Source: Alphaproteobacteria bacterium
Lineage (GTDB): Bacteria; Pseudomonadota; Alphaproteobacteria; SP197
DNA: 64,000 bases
NCBI GenBank assembly: GCA_965228895.1
Contig: OZ245842.1
Location: forward strand, 5,216,001-5,280,000
Direction of reading: 5' to 3'
Below the pieces are notes generated by a model. The model searched no databases and was not told the DNA's origin. It saw only the letters and a program-made list of their open reading frames with translations. This document shows, one piece after another, positions 21,674-30,640 of the stretch (the first letter of the stretch is position 1; the number at the start of each line of letters is the position of its first letter). The translations under genes and the position numbers were made by a program.

Positions 21674-23707
21674 ATGCGCACATTCTCCGTAGTCGCCTGT
21701 TTCGTACTGTTGCTTGCGGCACCCGCCGTGGCGCGTGCCGCCGACGACGCCCTAACGCTGAAACGGGCCGTTCTGTCGACCGGTGGTGTCGGTTACTTCG
21801 AATACGAGGCAACGGTCGATGGCGACCAAACACTGAATTTCGACGTCCGGCTCGACCAGGTCGACGACGTTTTGAAGAGCCTGGTGGTGTTCGATAGCGC
21901 CGGCGGTGTCGGCTCGGTCAGCCTGCCCGGCCGCGCCGGTCTTGCCGACCTGTTCCGCGACCTGCCGTTTGACGGCTCGGCGCTCCAATCGCCGGCGACG
22001 CTGCTGCGCGCGCTGACCGGTTCGGAGGTGACGATCGAGGGACCGTCACGGGTCTCCGGGCGGATCCTGAGCGTCGTCCCCGAAACGCTTCAGCTCGAAG
22101 ATGGCACCACCATCACACGCCACCGCCTGACCGTCATGGGCGAGGACGGCCTGGCCCAGGCAATCCTGGAAGACGCCAACGAGATCACGTTCGCCGATGC
22201 CGAGTTGGAAGAACAGATCGCCGGCGCATTGGCCGATCTGGCCCAGCACCGGGTGCAGGATCGCCGCACGCTGGAGGTTAAGGTTTCCGGCGAGGGCGAG
22301 CGCCTCGTGCGTATCGGCTATGTGGTCGAAGCGCCACTCTGGAAAACCAGCTACCGGCTCGCCCTGGGCGATGACGGCAAGGCGCTGCTGCAGGGCTGGG
22401 CGGTTCTGGAGAACATGAGCGGCCAGGATTGGAACGCCGTCGACCTGACGCTGGTCAGCGGCAATCCCGTGACCTTCCGCCAGTCGCTCTATCAGGCCTA
22501 TTACGTGGCGCGCCAGGAAGTGCCCGTCGATGTCGCTGGCCGTGTCTTGCCGCCGGTCGATACTGGCGCCGTCGGCGGGCTGGCGCGCAGCGAAACCGCT
22601 GAGAACGAAGCAGACTTCGGCGCGGCCCTCTACGCCGCTGAGGAAATGATGATGGAATCGGCCGTCATGGCCGATATGGCTGCACCGGTAGCGCAGGAGC
22701 CGGGCTACGCCAACCTGGCCACGGCGTCGACCGAGGAAGCCGCGACCCAGGTAGTCTTCCGCGTTCCTCAGCCGGTCACCGTCGATCGCGGCCAGTCCCT
22801 GATGGTCCCGCTGGTTGATCAGGACGTTGACGTCGCGCATGTCGCGCTCTATTCGCCAAACGTTCAGGCGCGCCATCCGTTGGCGGCGGTCGAGCTGACC
22901 AACAACACGGATGTCGGCCTGCCCCCGGGCGTTGTGACGATCTATGAGAAGTCGGCGGTCAGCGGCGGCGAGACCTTTGTCGGCGATGCGCGGCTCGGTG
23001 CGCTGCAGGCCGGCGACAGCCGCCTGATCGCCTATGCGGTCGACCAGAAGACCCTGATCGATCGCGAGGACGATTACACGGCGGCGATCACCCGGGCGAC
23101 CATCGACCGTGGTGTTTTGCATGTCTCGCACACGCAAACGCAAACCACGACCTACACCATCGAAGCGCCGGTGGGCGAAGCGCGCGAGGTCATCCTGGAG
23201 CACCTGCGCGTCTTCGGCTGGGACCTCGTCGCGCCCGCCGGCGATGTCGAGAAGACCGACACCGCCTACCGCATTCCGGTCAGCGTGCCGGCCGGCCAGA
23301 CCGTTAAGATCAAGGTGGTGATGGAGCAGCCCCAGGCCGAGAGCATGAACCTCTTGACCATGGCCGATCCGCAGGTTGTCTACTTTGCCGAGAACAGCGA
23401 AGTCCCGGCCGACGTGCGCGACGCCTTCAAACGGCTCGCCGAACTGAAAGGCGCGGTGGCGGATACCGAGTACAAGATCGCCGAGACCGAGCGTGAACGC
23501 CAGGTGCTGCTCGTGGAGCAGGAGCGGTTGCGCGACAACCTGGACACGGTGCCGCGAGAGAGTGATCTCCACACCCGCTACATGACGAAGCTCGGCGAGC
23601 AGGAAGACGCCATCGAAAGTCTGCTGCTGACCATGGACGATCTGCGCAACGAGCTCGCGGCCCGGCGCCAGGCACTCACAGACTATGTCAAGGGATTGAC
23701 GATCTAA
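21674..23707 (+). CDS. DUF4139-domain secreted protein
   Basis: Signal peptide; GVGYFE, DDVLKSL, PLWKTSYRL, ENMSGQDW..V.LTLVSG.P; C-terminal coiled coil. Confidence 0.8.
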   Translation: MRTFSVVACFVLLLAAPAVARAADDALTLKRAVLSTGGVGYFEYEATVDGDQTLNFDVRLDQVDDVLKSLVVFDSAGGVGSVSLPGRAGLADLFRDLPFDGSALQSPATLLRALTGSEVTIEGPSRVSGRILSVVPETLQLEDGTTITRHRLTVMGEDGLAQAILEDANEITFADAELEEQIAGALADLAQHRVQDRRTLEVKVSGEGERLVRIGYVVEAPLWKTSYRLALGDDGKALLQGWAVLENMSGQDWNAVDLTLVSGNPVTFRQSLYQAYYVARQEVPVDVAGRVLPPVDTGAVGGLARSETAENEADFGAALYAAEEMMMESAVMADMAAPVAQEPGYANLATASTEEAATQVVFRVPQPVTVDRGQSLMVPLVDQDVDVAHVALYSPNVQARHPLAAVELTNNTDVGLPPGVVTIYEKSAVSGGETFVGDARLGALQAGDSRLIAYAVDQKTLIDREDDYTAAITRATIDRGVLHVSHTQTQTTTYTIEAPVGEAREVILEHLRVFGWDLVAPAGDVEKTDTAYRIPVSVPAGQTVKIKVVMEQPQAESMNLLTMADPQVVYFAENSEVPADVRDAFKRLAELKGAVADTEYKIAETERERQVLLVEQERLRDNLDTVPRESDLHTRYMTKLGEQEDAIESLLLTMDDLRNELAARRQALTDYVKGLTI

Positions 23708-23764
23708 TTCTATCGGTGACCGGTTGTCTCCCGCGCGCTACCTTTTGCGCGCGGGAGACAGGCG

Positions 23765-25390
23765 ATGACAACAAACGGCAAGGCTGATCTCGTCCTGAAG
23801 GGCGGCCGCGTGTGGTGCGGCCTGGACCTGGGTGCGGCCGAAGCGCTGGCGATTAAGGACGGGTGCGTTTTGGCCACCGGTCCAGCATCCGAAATCGAGG
23901 TGTTGGTGGGTCCGGCGACCCGGACCATCGATTTGCGCGGCCGGCTGGCGATGCCCGGCTTCTATGATGCACACATGCATTTGATGTCGATGGGCCGCGC
24001 AGCCCAGCACATCAACCTGCGCGCATCGGCCGTCAACACGCTTGACGGTCTGCTCGAGCGGGTCGCCGAGCGGGCCGCGCAGACACCGCCGGGCGAATGG
24101 GTCGAGGGGCGGGGCTATGACCACACCGTTTTCGCCGAAAACCGCCATCCACAACGCCACGAGATCGATCAGGTCGCGCCCGACAACCCGGTCTGGCTCG
24201 GCCGCTGCTGCGGGCACATGGGTGTCGCCAATTCGGCGGCGCTCAAGCTCGCGGGCATCGATCGCGATACGCCGCAGCCCGATGGCGGCGTCATTGAAAA
24301 GGTCAACGGCGAGCCGACCGGACTGTTGCAGGAGCGCGCCCAGGTGCTGGTCAGATCGGTCATCCCGACACCCTCCCTGGAAGACCTGATGTCGGCCGTT
24401 CAGTCCGCTGGTGAGCGTTGCCTCTCCTACGGCATCACCTCGGTCATGGACGCCTGTGTCGGCGCCCATGGCGGTTGGCGCGATGTCGAGGCCTATGAGA
24501 CGGCTGCCGTCACCGGCCGGTTGCCGGTCCGCATGTACATGGGCATCGCCGGCGGTCCCGACGGCATCGCCGATGAAGCCTACGCCAAGGGCCGCGTCAC
24601 CGGCATCGGCAACGGCAGACTGACGGTCGGCCCGATCAAGTTCTTTACCGACGGTAGCGCCGGCGGCTGCACGGCGGCCATGCGAAAACCTTACACCAAT
24701 GGCGCCGATGGTGTGCTGATCCTGGAAGACCGCGATCTCGATGAGATGGTGGCGCATTACCACAACCGCGGTTACCAGATCGCCATCCATGCGATCGGCG
24801 ACGCGGCGGTCGACCAGACCATCGAGGCGCTTGATCGCGCGCTCAAGAAACTGCCGCGCGACAACCACCGTCACCGCATCGAGCATTGCGGCTGGGTCGA
24901 CGATGCGAACATCCAGCGCATGATCGACCTTGGTCTGACACCGGCGCCGCAACCGATTTTCATGCGCGATTTCGGCGACAGTTATCTCAATGTCCTGGGC
25001 GAGGAACGTTCGGCCTGGGCCTACCCCATGGCGCACTGGCAACGCGCCGGCCTTAGGCCCGCGATGAGTTCCGACACCCCGGTCTCGGACGTCAACCCGT
25101 TCGTCAATCTCTATGCGGCGGTGACGCGCCAGACATCATCCGGTCACGTCATCGGCGCCGATCAGGCGCTGTCGCTCGACGAGGCCTTGAGCGCCTATAC
25201 CGAAAACGGCGCCTATGCCGGCTTCGCCGAGAACAGTCGCGGGCGATTGGCGCCGGGCATGGCGGCCGACATCGCCATCGTCGACCGGGACATCATCGAA
25301 CGACCGAACGAGGAGCTGCTCGAAACGCAGGTCGACGGCACGTTGATGGACGGCGCCGTCGTCTTCGATCGTCACGAGGAGTTCCGCTAA
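23765..25390 (+). CDS. YtcJ-like amidohydrolase (Amidohydro_3)
   Basis: PGFYDAHMH, HAIGD, RHRIEH, SSD.P, G.LAPGMAAD. Confidence 0.92.
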   Translation: MTTNGKADLVLKGGRVWCGLDLGAAEALAIKDGCVLATGPASEIEVLVGPATRTIDLRGRLAMPGFYDAHMHLMSMGRAAQHINLRASAVNTLDGLLERVAERAAQTPPGEWVEGRGYDHTVFAENRHPQRHEIDQVAPDNPVWLGRCCGHMGVANSAALKLAGIDRDTPQPDGGVIEKVNGEPTGLLQERAQVLVRSVIPTPSLEDLMSAVQSAGERCLSYGITSVMDACVGAHGGWRDVEAYETAAVTGRLPVRMYMGIAGGPDGIADEAYAKGRVTGIGNGRLTVGPIKFFTDGSAGGCTAAMRKPYTNGADGVLILEDRDLDEMVAHYHNRGYQIAIHAIGDAAVDQTIEALDRALKKLPRDNHRHRIEHCGWVDDANIQRMIDLGLTPAPQPIFMRDFGDSYLNVLGEERSAWAYPMAHWQRAGLRPAMSSDTPVSDVNPFVNLYAAVTRQTSSGHVIGADQALSLDEALSAYTENGAYAGFAENSRGRLAPGMAADIAIVDRDIIERPNEELLETQVDGTLMDGAVVFDRHEEFR

Positions 25391-25429
25391 CCCCTTCCGC
25401 ATCCAACCAGGAAAGACGTTCCGCCGCCC

Positions 25430-26293
25430 ATGATCCCCAACGTCACAACCTTTTTCGATCCCCGTACATCGTCGCTGACATATGTCGTCGCCGAGCCCGA
25501 TGGTACGGCCTGTGCGATCATCGATTCGGTGCTGGACTATGACGCGCCTTCCGGTCACACCACGACCGAGAGTGCCGACAAGCTGATCGCCTTCATCGAG
25601 GCGGAGGGGCTGGAAGTCGCCTGGATCCTCGACACCCACACCCATGCCGATCACATGACGGCGATGGCCTACCTGAAGAATCGTTTCGGCGCGCCGACCG
25701 GCATCGGCGCTGATGTGGCGCAGGTTCAGGGCAATTTCGTCAAGCTTTTCAACATCGCCGATGAGGTGGCGACCGACGGCAGCCAGTTCGACCATCTGTT
25801 CGACGATGACGAGACCTTCATGATCGGCGCCATGGAAGCGCGCGTCATGGCGACGCCCGGCCACACGCCGGGCTGCATCACCTATGTGATTGGCGATGCC
25901 GCTTTTATCGGCGACACCATGTTCATGCCCGACAGCGGCACGGCCCGCTGCGACTTCCCCGATGGTGACGCGGCAACACTCTATGCGTCGATCCGGCGCA
26001 TTCTCGATCTGCCGTCTGATACCCGGTTGTTCGTTTGTCACGACTATCAGCCCGACGGGCGCGAGCTGGCCTATGTCGCCTCGGTGGCCGATCACCGCCA
26101 GGGCAACATCCACGTCAACGATGACATCGACGAGGGCGCCTTCGTCACCATGCGCACGACGCGTGACGCGACGCTCGCGGTACCGGCGCTGATCCTGCCG
26201 GCAGTCCAGGTCAACATCCGCGCGGGCCGCGTGCCGGAGCCGGAAGCAAACGGCATCAGCTATCTCAAGATGCCGCTGAACGTCTTTTCGTAG
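25430..26293 (+). CDS. MBL-fold hydrolase (Blh / sulfur dioxygenase-like)
   Basis: THTHADH, TPGHTP, GDTMFMPDSGTARCDFP, CHDY. Confidence 0.92.
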   Translation: MIPNVTTFFDPRTSSLTYVVAEPDGTACAIIDSVLDYDAPSGHTTTESADKLIAFIEAEGLEVAWILDTHTHADHMTAMAYLKNRFGAPTGIGADVAQVQGNFVKLFNIADEVATDGSQFDHLFDDDETFMIGAMEARVMATPGHTPGCITYVIGDAAFIGDTMFMPDSGTARCDFPDGDAATLYASIRRILDLPSDTRLFVCHDYQPDGRELAYVASVADHRQGNIHVNDDIDEGAFVTMRTTRDATLAVPALILPAVQVNIRAGRVPEPEANGISYLKMPLNVFS

Positions 26294-26354
26294 CGCCGCG
26301 ATATGGCGCATTCGGACCATCGATTTGGCGCCACACTTGAAAAGGACGCTTAGG

Positions 26355-26373
26355 CCCGCCGCGCTTCGGCGGG
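26355..26373. terminator. GC hairpin between convergent genes
   Basis: CCCGCCG-CGCTT-CGGCGGG 7-bp stem; no strong U-tract. Confidence 0.4.
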
Positions 26374-26377
26374 TCGT

Positions 26378-28063
26378 CTAACCCAGGCGCGTCGCCTTGT
26401 GGTGAGCGACAAAATGCGGCGGGTAGTCGTGTTTTTCGATGGCGATGTCGAGGAGATAGGGAAGGCCTTTCTTGTTCGCGGCCAGCGCGCGCTGAAGCGC
26501 CGGCTCGACATCGCTGGGATTGTCGACATGCTCGCTCTCACAGCCCTGGGCCGCCGCGATGGCCGTGAGATCGGCGCCGACCAGGAAGTTGGTCGCGACT
26601 TCCTGCTGGCCATTCAGAACCTGAGCATATTGCGGCCAGCCGAACGCCTTGTTGTTCAAGACGACCCAGGTGACGCCCAGTCGCTGCTCGGCGGCGGTGG
26701 CGAGCTCCATCATGGCCATCTGCATGGCGCCGTCGCCGGTGACGCAGACGATGTTCTTGTCGGGTGCTGAGAGTTTGGCGCCGATGGTGCCGATCACGCC
26801 CATGCCCATGGCCGTCTGCTCGCCCATGGGTATCGAGCAGCCGGCATCAAGCACCTTGTAATAGGGCCAGTAGTAGGACCACAGATCGGCGCCGCCGTTC
26901 TCATGCACGATGATGGTGTCGTGGCCGAAGACGTGGTTCAGCGCCTGCATGACCTGGCGGGTGCGGATCGGCGTCTTGGCTTGAGCGCTGTCGGCTTCTG
27001 TCTCGGCCAGATAGGCGGTGCGCGCGGTCTCGATCTTGCCGACCCGCTCCTGGCGATTGGTGTCGTCGATCGTCGGCAGCGCGTCCAGGATATCGGTCAG
27101 GCTCAGCGCCGCGTCGCCGGCGAGCGCGACGTCCGGGCGTTTGTTGAGCGCGATCGCCTCGGGCGCGATATCGAGCTGAACGTGTTTGACGCCATCCGGC
27201 CAATAGAGCCAGGCGCCGGTCGAGAAGTCCTCAAGACGCGTGCCGATGGTGAAGAAGAGATCGGCCTCGTCGTGATAGGCCTTGCCGGCTTCGGTGAAGT
27301 AGAGACCGGTCTGGCCAAGCGCCAGAGGATGGTCCTCGGCGATGATGCCGCGCCCGCCCGGCGTCGTCATGACCGGGGCGCCCAAGGTCTCGGCGAGTGC
27401 CTTGACCTGATCGAAAGCGCCCGACGAGACCGCGCCGCTGCCGCACCAGATAAGCGGGCGCTTTGCCTCGGCCAGCGCGGCCGCCGCTGCCGTGACGTCC
27501 GCGCCGTCGGGCCGGCTCAGATGGCGGCCCAGGGCCTTCTGGTAGGCCGGCATGGGAACAGCCTTGAGGCCGATATCCGACGGTACCTCGATGAAGACCG
27601 GACCGGGTCGGCCGTTGACGGCGAAATCGAAGGCGCGCGCGATGACCCAGGGCGTCGTCTGGGGATCGGTGATGCGAACCGCCCACTTGGTCACCGGCTT
27701 CAGATGGGCAATGGCGTCGAGCTCCTGGAACGCGCCCTGGCCGTCGGTCGCCAGCGGCACGCCGTTGGCCAGCGCGATCACCGGCAGCGACGCCGAATGG
27801 GCCTCGAGCAAGCCGGTCGCCAGATTGGTGATGCCGGGCCCGGGATTGCCGAAGCAGATCTCGGGACTGCCGGTCAGCCGCGCCGCGGCAAACGCGCAGG
27901 CGACGCCGGAGTGTTCATGACGGGTCAGGACGATGTCGATGCCCGTATGCTCGGCGATATCGGCGACCAAATGCAGGGGATTGCCAGGCATGCCATAGAG
28001 CCGCTCGACGCCCTCGGCCGCCAAGGCTTCGGCGATCGCCTGCCACGGGCTTTTGTTTTCCAT
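26378..28063 (-). CDS. Thiamine-diphosphate-binding enzyme (ALS-like)
   Basis: TRHE, GPGITN, GRPGPVFIE, GDGAMQM...NN. Confidence 0.9.
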   Translation of the reverse strand: MENKSPWQAIAEALAAEGVERLYGMPGNPLHLVADIAEHTGIDIVLTRHEHSGVACAFAAARLTGSPEICFGNPGPGITNLATGLLEAHSASLPVIALANGVPLATDGQGAFQELDAIAHLKPVTKWAVRITDPQTTPWVIARAFDFAVNGRPGPVFIEVPSDIGLKAVPMPAYQKALGRHLSRPDGADVTAAAAALAEAKRPLIWCGSGAVSSGAFDQVKALAETLGAPVMTTPGGRGIIAEDHPLALGQTGLYFTEAGKAYHDEADLFFTIGTRLEDFSTGAWLYWPDGVKHVQLDIAPEAIALNKRPDVALAGDAALSLTDILDALPTIDDTNRQERVGKIETARTAYLAETEADSAQAKTPIRTRQVMQALNHVFGHDTIIVHENGGADLWSYYWPYYKVLDAGCSIPMGEQTAMGMGVIGTIGAKLSAPDKNIVCVTGDGAMQMAMMELATAAEQRLGVTWVVLNNKAFGWPQYAQVLNGQQEVATNFLVGADLTAIAAAQGCESEHVDNPSDVEPALQRALAANKKGLPYLLDIAIEKHDYPPHFVAHHKATRLG

Positions 28064-28146
28064 TATCCCCTCCCCGACTGGTTGTGGACCAAAGCCTAGA
28101 GCAGTCGGGCCGCTGGGGCATCCATCTAGGCGCGTGACAGCCGCCA

Positions 28147-28175
28147 TTGACGGGTGCCGGGCGAAACACTAGCTT
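28147..28175 (+). promoter_or_regulatory. sigma70-type promoter of tRNA-Thr
   Basis: TTGACG (28147-52), 17-bp spacer, TAGCTT (28170-75), then GC-rich discriminator CCGCGCC. Confidence 0.75.
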
Positions 28176-28199
28176 CCGCGCCCATCAACGCACGGGTTC

Positions 28200-28274
<75 letters not shown>

Positions 28275-28341
28275 TTTTTTCGTGATAAATCAATGAGATA
28301 TAGACACGCCTCGGTTGGCGCAAAGTCCCTGATCGCCTAGT

Positions 28342-28360
28342 GGGTAACGTTCTGGGTAAC
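28342..28360 (+). promoter_or_regulatory. Putative integrase arm-type sites (left)
   Basis: GGGTAAC x2 (28342-48, 28354-60). The same tandem pair lies near attR at 43653-43670. Confidence 0.65.
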
Positions 28361-28467
28361 ATGAGAAGAAATCGTGGTAAGCGACTGGTCTGGCGCGTCG
28401 AGTGTCAGCTCGCTGGCGAGAATGGAGTAGCCCGTCAGAGATTCACGAGTCGAATCATCGACTTACG

Positions 28468-28480
28468 TAAGTTGTTGATT
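28468..28480 (-). promoter_or_regulatory. IHF consensus site near attL
   Basis: Minus strand AATCAACAACTTA fits WATCAANNNNTTR exactly. Confidence 0.5.
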
Positions 28481-28497
28481 CCGCTCAGAGAATCCGT

Positions 28498-29067
28498 ATG
28501 ATTCTAGGCGCAATGAGCATGGCTAATCAAAATCGCCCGAGGTATATGCCCAACACCAGCAAGGCGTTGGAAGTCATCCTGTGGTTGGGCACACGCCAAC
28601 GCGGTATCGATGTATATCACCTCGTCAAAGCAGCCTTCTTTGCCGATAAGTCCCACATCACTGAGTATGGTCGGCCCATCATTGGGGACGACTACGAGGC
28701 CAAGACGTATGGGCCGCTGCCTCGCGTGATCTATGGGTTGCTGAAACACGATCTGCTGGAGATCCAGGCGGCGGGCACGAACGGCAAGCTTCCGTTCGAA
28801 ATCAAGGACGCGTACTGCGTTTACCCTGACCGTCCACCTAACCTCAGAAGGCTCTCGCAGAGCGATGTCGAGGCGCTGGAGTACGGCTACGACATCGTGA
28901 AGGACAAGTCTTTCGACGAACTGGTTGAGCTAACCCACGACGACCCTGCCTATATCAATGCCGATGGCGGAATGATGGATTATCGAGACTTCATCCCGTC
29001 AGACGACCCCGAACGCGATGAAAAAGCTCAGGACATTCTAGAGGTCGCTAGATACGCAGTAGTATAA
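28498..29067 (+). CDS. Panacea/SocA (DUF4065) antitoxin-like protein
   Basis: LVKAAFFADKSH..EYGRPIIGDDYEAKTYGPLP...L.ELTH pattern. Start could be a downstream in-frame ATG (MSMANQ). Confidence 0.8.
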   Translation: MILGAMSMANQNRPRYMPNTSKALEVILWLGTRQRGIDVYHLVKAAFFADKSHITEYGRPIIGDDYEAKTYGPLPRVIYGLLKHDLLEIQAAGTNGKLPFEIKDAYCVYPDRPPNLRRLSQSDVEALEYGYDIVKDKSFDELVELTHDDPAYINADGGMMDYRDFIPSDDPERDEKAQDILEVARYAVV

Positions 29068-29071
29068 GGCC

Positions 29072-29422
29072 ATGTTTGCGCCTGGCGATGTGGTGTTGGT
29101 TTGGGACGCGTTCGTCCGACCACCCAAAGAGAAGCTGCATATTTGCATCTCTAACGAGAAGCAGCTGTTTCTGCGGATCAATAGCGCGCCTAGATACAAG
29201 CCTCATTTGAAGCTCGACGGATCATCAGACTTTCTCCGCCACGATAGCTACGTCGAGCTTACTCAGCTCGTCCGTCTTCGGCGATATGACATTGACAACG
29301 CTCGAACCTTAGGGCGCGTTTCGAAGCGCCAGGCCGCCGAGATTGTTGCGGCCGCGCAGTCGGCCAAGACACTGACAGCAGACCATGCGGACTTCATCGA
29401 AGAGTGCCTGCGGAGCGTGTAG
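29072..29422 (+). CDS. PemK/MazF-like putative toxin
   Basis: PGDVVLV...PPKEK..ICI...FLRHDSYV....L.......LGRV layout, 116 aa, 4 bp downstream of the Panacea gene. Confidence 0.5.
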   Translation: MFAPGDVVLVWDAFVRPPKEKLHICISNEKQLFLRINSAPRYKPHLKLDGSSDFLRHDSYVELTQLVRLRRYDIDNARTLGRVSKRQAAEIVAAAQSAKTLTADHADFIEECLRSV

Positions 29423-29645
29423 ATCCGCCAGCTACTTCACCGTTGGAAAATCCGTCTCGTTTTCTAATGGACAGCCGCCGATGATCAGCGCAGCATCATA
29501 AAGCGGAGCCCCACAGGTGCGCGAACACCCGTGAGGCCCCTGACCACAACGACCTACTGCACAGGTGCGTCATGGCTGCAAAACCACATACCACAATAGA
29601 GAACTGTTGCACGCCTCCAGTGGGTCTCAACCACGGGAGAAAACA

Positions 29646-30065
29646 ATGCACAGTATTTCACGACGTTCCGCGCTTACCGGTGCCGCTGCGATACCGGTAG
29701 CCGTGGCGGCCCCTGCCGTCGCCGGGGATCATCCAGACGCTGAGCTCATCGCCCTTTGGCATGAGCGGCAGCGCGTTGGCGACCTTCGGGATTGGCACGA
29801 TCACTCTGACGAGGCCCTGGATGCTCGTGGCGAAGCCATCCACGAAATCGGTAGGCGCATCGTGGCGACACCCGCACACACGCTAGAGGGCCTTGCCGTC
29901 AAGGTCCGCCTGTTCGGTGCAAACGAGATGCCCGGCAATCATGTACTCACCCAACCGCTCTATCAGGGCCTACTTGCGGATATCGAACGGCTCAACTGTG
30001 TCGCCTCCGAGCCAATGACAACGCGCGAGGACGAGCTGCTGATGGTTGGAGGTAGCCATGTCTAA
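29646..30065 (+). CDS. Hypothetical protein with twin-arginine-like N-terminus
   Basis: RBS GGGAGA; MHSISRRSALTGAAA...HPDAELIAL...TPAHTLEGLAVK. Confidence 0.7.
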   Translation: MHSISRRSALTGAAAIPVAVAAPAVAGDHPDAELIALWHERQRVGDLRDWHDHSDEALDARGEAIHEIGRRIVATPAHTLEGLAVKVRLFGANEMPGNHVLTQPLYQGLLADIERLNCVASEPMTTREDELLMVGGSHV

Positions 30066-30357
30066 TGAAAACCTAGAACGCGCAGCTGCAATGGCCGCCA
30101 GCACCGCCAATCTCACCGCGTATGCAGCGTCAAGACTTAAAACCTCCGTCTTGGATCTAGAGGCAGACTTAACGGACTTACGCGGGGCGGCGGCGACACT
30201 ACACCAACTTGCCATGAAGCCGTCAGCCACCGGGGGTTCTGACAGTGAACTCGACGATGCCCTAGCATATCTAGCTGGCAATATCGTCAGTTACTCCGAC
30301 AGTCTATGGCATACGTTCGAGGATCTGCTGGCCGCCCAATCGGAACAGCAACCGTGA
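30058..30357 (+). CDS. Hypothetical helical protein
   Basis: GGAGG RBS before ATG 30058; overlaps the upstream stop. Confidence 0.6.
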   Translation: MSNENLERAAAMAASTANLTAYAASRLKTSVLDLEADLTDLRGAAATLHQLAMKPSATGGSDSELDDALAYLAGNIVSYSDSLWHTFEDLLAAQSEQQP

Positions 30358-30636
30358 CTAACCGGGGCCGTCCATCGGGGCGGCCCCATTTTCCAGCCAT
30401 ACCATTGACCGTTCCCAATCGGCGCTGCCAAGCGTAGGTGTTACCTCGGTATAGGGCGCGATGGTAGCCCGGCCCTTGTCTGCCAACTCCTTCCTGTTGA
30501 CGTTGGGCGTGTTCCCAATCGTCCACCAGACACGATGAAGGCGGCAGACACCGTGAAGCTTCGTCGAGGTCATCACAATCTCATCGCAGTTGCCGCAGAA
30601 CGGGCAAGCCGGGAAGCCTCTATGGGCTCTGGTCAT
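30358..30636 (-). CDS. Small putative Zn-binding protein
   Basis: CPFC...C-x-x-H (CRLH)..WW; ATG 4 bp after the fibre gene stop. Confidence 0.55.
   Translation of the reverse strand: MTRAHRGFPACPFCGNCDEIVMTSTKLHGVCRLHRVWWTIGNTPNVNRKELADKGRATIAPYTEVTPTLGSADWERSMVWLENGAAPMDGPG
30364..30392 (+). terminator. Rho-independent terminator-like hairpin
   Basis: GGGGCCGTCC-ATCG-GGGCGGCCCC followed by ATTTT, just after the + strand stop at 30357. Confidence 0.6.
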
Positions 30637-30640
30637 CGCG

